DNA from: Candidatus Terraquivivens tengchongensis
GTDB lineage: Archaea > Thermoproteota > Nitrososphaeria_A > Caldarchaeales > Wolframiiraptoraceae
Assembly: GCA_023261845.1 (NCBI GenBank)
Contig: JALNJZ010000003.1
Span: 64,001-128,000, forward strand
Direction of reading: 5' to 3'
DNA length: 64,000 nt
In this document: in pieces, positions 59,428-64,000 of the stretch
Position numbering within the stretch: the first letter of the stretch is position 1
Layout of the letters: each line of letters starts with the position of its first letter
Translations under genes and position numbers: made by a program
The notes under the pieces: generated by a model
Told to the model about the DNA's origin: nothing
The model's input: the letters and a program-made list of their open reading frames with translations, nothing else
The model's database searches: none

Positions 59428-61485
59428 CTAATTTTCTTCATCGAAGACGGCTGTTGCTAAAACTTCTGCTACATCTTTTACAATAAAGCCCTCCAAGCCC
59501 ATGACCCTCGCAGCATCCTCGAACATCGCTAAGCAGTACGGACACTCGACCACAACCATCTTTGCGCCTACCGAGATAGCCTCCTCAAGTCTTATCAGGG
59601 ACTCTCTCTTACTCCTTGGTATGTGATACCAATAGTTGCAACCGCCCGCACCACAACAGAAGCTATCTTCCTTCGAGCGTCGAAATTCTAAAAGTTTGTT
59701 TGACAGAACAGTGGATAGCACGTACCTTGGCTCGGCATATATTCCATTCACACGACCTATGTAGCATGAATCATGCAAGACGGCAGGTGTCTCAAGTTTC
59801 TTCTTTACATGAAACCTCCCATCCTTTAACAGCGCGCTCAGCAATTGGGTGTGGTGGACAACATCGGCCTCTAAACCGAATTCTCTGTACTCGTTCTTTA
59901 AAGTGTTATAGCAATGCGGACAATGCGTCACTATCTTCTTTACTTTAAGTCCCATGATCTTCTCCACGTTGGCATATGCCTGTTCTTGAAATCTTCCTTC
60001 CTCACCGACCCTTCTGGCCGGGTCGCCAGTGCACCTTTCATCGGCAAGTATCCCAACGTTCAATCCTGCTTCCTTCAGAAGCCTAATGGTCGTCTTAGCT
60101 ACTTTCCCAGCTCTTGGGTCGTAAAAGGCAGCGCAACCGAGCCAATACAAGTACTCTACTTCACCATCATCCGGTAGGATTTTTACACCCATGCCCCTGA
60201 GCTCTTCGACCAACTTCTCCTTCTCGTACTCAGGCATACCGAACGGGTTAGACATCCTGGCTATGTTAGAAACCAACGGGTAAACCCTTTCGTCCATCTT
60301 ACCCTCAAAGACTATCGCCCTCCTAATCTCGATTGCATATTTTATGGGGCTTATGAGAACAGGACATTTCAACGAACACGCATAGCAAGTGGTGCACGCC
60401 CATACTGCCTCTTCTTCTATCACACCCTCAGCTAACACATCACGGTCTCTGAAACCTTTATCGAGCGAATACTTTAACGATTGGATAAGCCTCCTTGGGG
60501 ATAGTGCTGAGCCAGATTCGTAAGCCGGACAGGATTCTTCACATCTACCACAATCCGTGCAAGCATAGATGCTGAGCGCATCTCTCCAGCCCATCTCTCC
60601 CACTTTTTTGAACCCAACGTGCAACTCAACCTCTTCAGCTTCATCCAAAGCTTTAATGTTAAAGGGTGTTGTCAGCTTTCCAACGGGCTCCATCGGCCTC
60701 GAGAGGTAGATGTTCAGGGAAGACGTTAGGATGTGCATAAGGTTGGAATAAGGCAGAAATGCGATTAACGTGAGAGCCACGAGTCCATGGCTCCACCAAA
60801 GCACGATGTATAGCTCATATGCTAACTCCGGGTGAACGCCAAAGTATGAGATCATGTCTGCGATCGTTTTACCTATAAAAGAGTAACCAGACCATGGCAC
60901 ATCTTTGAGAAACAACCTAAACCCTTCTACTAAAAACCCAGATATGCCTACGTACAACAGCCCTACCAACACTAGCGTGTATTGTATGCCGGTGCCGATC
61001 CTAGGAGGATACCTGACGATTCTAGAGGTAAGGAGCACGGCTACGCTCAACACGAAAAGCAATCCAAAGAAGTCCAGAAGCGATTCAACGAATGGGTAAA
61101 TGTCTCCAACTAATAGTTTTACCCCGAACTTTTCGACGGTATGGTCAACAAAAACTATGCACGTACCTATGAAGAGGATTATTGTTCCGATAAAGAGCGT
61201 TGCGTGTAGGCCGCCCCTAAAGCGGTCAGAGATTATCTTAACTTGAAGCAGGCCATACTTAAGAAAAGCCTTTAACCTTTGTTCGCCATGCTTAGTGACT
61301 TCTTTTATCACATATCGTCCGTAAAGCCTGTAATGCTTGTACAGGCCTGCGATGAAGATAGCCACGAATAGTATCAGGATTGAATAAAAAACGAGCTCCA
61401 TGAATTGAGGCAGTAATGCGAAGCTTTCCCTGAATGGTTGGAACAAGATAAACACCTTTTTTGATACAGTGCAATATGTTGGCAA
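59428..61485 (-). CDS. Membrane Fe-S oxidoreductase (HdrD/GlpC/FadF-like; probable ETF:quinone oxidoreductase)
   Basis: N-terminal TM domain with His residues, two CxxCxxCxxxCP motifs and CCG domains (CTG, HDSC, CCGAGG, CPYC); directly upstream of etfBA. Confidence 0.85.
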   Translation of the reverse strand: MPTYCTVSKKVFILFQPFRESFALLPQFMELVFYSILILFVAIFIAGLYKHYRLYGRYVIKEVTKHGEQRLKAFLKYGLLQVKIISDRFRGGLHATLFIGTIILFIGTCIVFVDHTVEKFGVKLLVGDIYPFVESLLDFFGLLFVLSVAVLLTSRIVRYPPRIGTGIQYTLVLVGLLYVGISGFLVEGFRLFLKDVPWSGYSFIGKTIADMISYFGVHPELAYELYIVLWWSHGLVALTLIAFLPYSNLMHILTSSLNIYLSRPMEPVGKLTTPFNIKALDEAEEVELHVGFKKVGEMGWRDALSIYACTDCGRCEESCPAYESGSALSPRRLIQSLKYSLDKGFRDRDVLAEGVIEEEAVWACTTCYACSLKCPVLISPIKYAIEIRRAIVFEGKMDERVYPLVSNIARMSNPFGMPEYEKEKLVEELRGMGVKILPDDGEVEYLYWLGCAAFYDPRAGKVAKTTIRLLKEAGLNVGILADERCTGDPARRVGEEGRFQEQAYANVEKIMGLKVKKIVTHCPHCYNTLKNEYREFGLEADVVHHTQLLSALLKDGRFHVKKKLETPAVLHDSCYIGRVNGIYAEPRYVLSTVLSNKLLEFRRSKEDSFCCGAGGCNYWYHIPRSKRESLIRLEEAISVGAKMVVVECPYCLAMFEDAARVMGLEGFIVKDVAEVLATAVFDEEN

Positions 61486-61521
61486 GCCAACTTTAATATA
61501 AGGTTAAACTATTTTCACAAA

Positions 61522-61740
61522 GTGGTGGAGGTTGAAGCGTTGCACAAAGAGTACAAGGTCGTATCGTGTCCGAGTTGTGGCCATCTACAGATTACTCTTG
61601 CCGAGCATTCTTTCATATGTCATGGCTGCGGTAGGAAAAATTACGTAAGTTCTAAATGTGTGCTGTATGTGTCCAAGAATCAGGAGGACGTCAGGGCAGT
61701 GCTAATCTCCTTAAAGATGAAGAGGACATGTAAATCTTAG
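61522..61740 (+). CDS. Small zinc-ribbon protein
   Basis: CPSCG…CHGCG; TATA-like TTTAATATA upstream. Confidence 0.65.
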   Translation: MVEVEALHKEYKVVSCPSCGHLQITLAEHSFICHGCGRKNYVSSKCVLYVSKNQEDVRAVLISLKMKRTCKS

Positions 61741-61775
61741 CCTTCTTCAAAACTTCCGCCAAAGTTTTATGGTAA

Positions 61776-62663
61776 ATGCTTTTCTATGGGTTACTAAACC
61801 GTATGAACATGACAACAGGCCCTGTCCTCGGGGCACATGTATCTATAGCGGGCTCAATCGACAAGGCGGTTGACAGGGCCGTAGAAATAGGTTGCATCGG
61901 AACTTTCCAAATATTCACAAGAAACCCGAGAGGGTGGAAGTTCAAAAAACTAAACCCAGAAGAAGTCAGATTATTCAAGGAAAAGGTCAGGGCTAAAGAA
62001 TTCTCCGTACCGGTCGGTCATATGCCGTACTTACCCAATATAGCCTCGCCTTCGAAGCAGCTCTTCACAAAGTCCCTAAACGTATTGACAGCTGAGCTGG
62101 AGAGGTGCGGCGAGCTGGGTATAAAGTTCCTTGCTGTACATCTGGGAAGCCACATGGGGAAGGGCATTGATGTTGGCATACAAAAAGTGACGGAGGCTTG
62201 CAGGACTGCATTGGAAAAAGTTCAGAACGACGTCGTGATACTCTTAGAAAACATGGCAGGGCAGAAGAATAGCGTTGGTTCTAAGTTTGAGGAGCTAAGG
62301 AAGATTCTAGACTCGATAGGCGATGAAAGGCGTGTCGCGATATGCTTCGATACATGTCACGCGTTTGCGGCTGGCTACGACTTAAGAAACGAGGACGCAG
62401 TAGAAAAGACTGTTGAACAATTCGATAACGTGATAGGCATAAAGCACCTTAAGGTCATTCACATAAACGATTCAAAAGGTGAGCTTGGCAGTCATCTAGA
62501 CAGGCATGAACATGTAGGCATGGGTATGATAGGCGAGAAAGGTTTCAGAGCGATATTTCACCACAAAGCCTTAAGGAATCTTCCGTTTATCCTAGAAACG
62601 CCCGAAGACAAGAGGGGAAACTTTAGGACGAATATACTGAAGTGTAAGGAACTTTACGGGTGA
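61776..62663 (+). CDS. nfo: Endonuclease IV
   Basis: GAHVSIAG, HMPYLPN, HLGSH, ENMAG, DTCH, HINDSK, DRHEH and ETP. The true start may be 61803 or 61809. Confidence 0.95.
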   Translation: MLFYGLLNRMNMTTGPVLGAHVSIAGSIDKAVDRAVEIGCIGTFQIFTRNPRGWKFKKLNPEEVRLFKEKVRAKEFSVPVGHMPYLPNIASPSKQLFTKSLNVLTAELERCGELGIKFLAVHLGSHMGKGIDVGIQKVTEACRTALEKVQNDVVILLENMAGQKNSVGSKFEELRKILDSIGDERRVAICFDTCHAFAAGYDLRNEDAVEKTVEQFDNVIGIKHLKVIHINDSKGELGSHLDRHEHVGMGMIGEKGFRAIFHHKALRNLPFILETPEDKRGNFRTNILKCKELYG

Positions 62664-62717
62664 GGCGTTACGGAGAAATTCAGCATAAGGACGCTGATCC
62701 TGAAGCTTATCAGGAGC

Positions 62718-63098
62718 ATGCTCACGATAAGATTCCTGGAATTTAGCGTCGTTGGTGCCATTGGTGTCATCGTCAACCAAACAGTACTTTTTCTTCTAGC
62801 ATACATCCTCGGAATCTACTACCTATTGGCGGCCGTGTTCAGTTTCGAGGTCGCGCTCCTTAACAATTTCTTCCTTAACGAATGGTGGACGTTCAGGAAA
62901 AGGAACCTGTCCTCGTCATTTTGGCTTAGGCTCGTTAGGTTTCATGTTTCAAGAGTCCTTGGATTCGCCGCGACAATGGTCACGCTATTCCTCATAACGG
63001 AGTTCCTAAACGTACACTACCTGATATCCAACGTAATAGCCATAGGAATTGGTACGTGCATTAACTATTTTACAAGTGACTTATGGGTTTGGAGATAA
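62718..63098 (+). CDS. GtrA family membrane protein
   Basis: FSVVGAIG, NNFFLNEWWTF and NYF…WVW. Confidence 0.88.
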   Translation: MLTIRFLEFSVVGAIGVIVNQTVLFLLAYILGIYYLLAAVFSFEVALLNNFFLNEWWTFRKRNLSSSFWLRLVRFHVSRVLGFAATMVTLFLITEFLNVHYLISNVIAIGIGTCINYFTSDLWVWR

Positions 63099-63132
63099 AC
63101 GTTATTATTGCAGGATAAAGCACACGTTTTCC

Positions 63133-63714
63133 ATGAAAGCTGAATACAAACTCTCCGGCTTATCGATGAAGGTCGCTTTAACCGCAACTTTCTCAGCGTT
63201 GGGCGTCGTGCTAGCACCGTTCTTCTGGTTCCCATTCCTTGGGACGAAGGCCTATCCCGGACAGCACTTCATAAACTCGTTATCCGGCGTAATGCTGGGT
63301 CCTTGGTGGGCAGCGCTCGTAGCTATAATAATTGGTCTCATAAGGAATGCGCTTGGTATCGGTACGGTGTTCGCCTTTCCTGGAGGTATACCCGGAGCCA
63401 TCGTCGTGGGACTTGTCTACATGCTCACTTCGCGTATAAAAAACAGATACCTGAAATACATAGCAGTATTCTTTGAGCCGATAGGCACGGTCTTCGTTGG
63501 AGGGACTGTCTCGCTACTGCTTGTCGCACCGTGGACCGCAAGTTACCTGAAGCCTGCGCAAGACATGCTTATGCGAATACAAGAGCTTGGTACATTTACG
63601 GCGCTCCTTACGTTATGGAGCGGATGGGCTATAAGCTCGATCATAGGTAGCGTCATAGGGTTCGTAGTTCTGGTTGCGCTCGAAAGGTTTGGTGTGCTTT
63701 CAAAAAGGGGTTAA
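63133..63714 (+). CDS. thiW: ECF transporter S component ThiW
   Basis: KAYPGQHFIN, RNALGIGTVFAFPG and EPIGT. Start set at ATG 63133 (ORF track gives 63049). Confidence 0.88.
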   Translation: MKAEYKLSGLSMKVALTATFSALGVVLAPFFWFPFLGTKAYPGQHFINSLSGVMLGPWWAALVAIIIGLIRNALGIGTVFAFPGGIPGAIVVGLVYMLTSRIKNRYLKYIAVFFEPIGTVFVGGTVSLLLVAPWTASYLKPAQDMLMRIQELGTFTALLTLWSGWAISSIIGSVIGFVVLVALERFGVLSKRG

Positions 63715-63717
63715 TGA

Positions 63718-64000
63718 GTGTTGACCTTAAAGCTCGAGGACGTGCTTGGTAAAAAGGTGCTGATAGCGGGCGAGGCTGGAACAGGCAAAACAATGCTCCT
63801 CGTTAAATTGTTGGAGGAGGCAAACGCACAGAGCATTTCTGATGCGGTGACCTTGATAGACTTGGCACCAAAAAAGATCGGCGAATTCGGCGGCAGAGTT
63901 GCGGATTATTTGCGCCAAATCGGTGGCATAAGGTTGCTGATGCCAGTAAACGTTTTTGCACCAAGGCTATCTGGTAAGACGAAGGATGAAGTTATGTCGC
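63718..64000 (+). CDS. P-loop NTPase (5' part; runs off window end)
   Basis: Manual translation …KKVLIAGEAGTGKT…TLIDLAP…APRLSG (Walker A). Not in the ORF track. Confidence 0.75.
   Translation, partial: MLTLKLEDVLGKKVLIAGEAGTGKTMLLVKLLEEANAQSISDAVTLIDLAPKKIGEFGGRVADYLRQIGGIRLLMPVNVFAPRLSGKTKDEVMS

Overview
Gene-dense archaeal chromosomal window. Spt5/SecE, aCPSF1, the proteasome beta subunit, Rpo4, a short XPF, a BHB-intron tRNA and a heme O synthase point to a TACK archaeon, plausibly Nitrososphaeria/Caldarchaeales (inference, not a database result). Most of the window is housekeeping: translation and proteostasis genes, two tRNAs, metal transporters, an ETF/Fe-S oxidoreductase module, and an aspartokinase-asd-aroA'-aroB'-aroD-aroE-aroK-aroA operon for the archaeal shikimate route. 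The strongest unexplained signal is a 23-codon Tyr-rich leader ORF (…FLTTGYRYYRY…) inside a structured 5' leader of that operon, with mutually exclusive pairings that can mask the first gene's Shine-Dalgarno site. This looks like leader-peptide attenuation in an archaeon. Other highlights are an unassigned ~207-nt structured RNA with its own TATA box convergent on a PD-(D/E)xK-like gene, an HTH-ATP-cone fusion to a degenerate NrdD, a cluster of three nucleotidyltransferases (one fused to a kinase), three genes that appear to need non-canonical start codons, and a DtxR-type operator at feoAB. No CRISPR array, integrase or transposase was seen.
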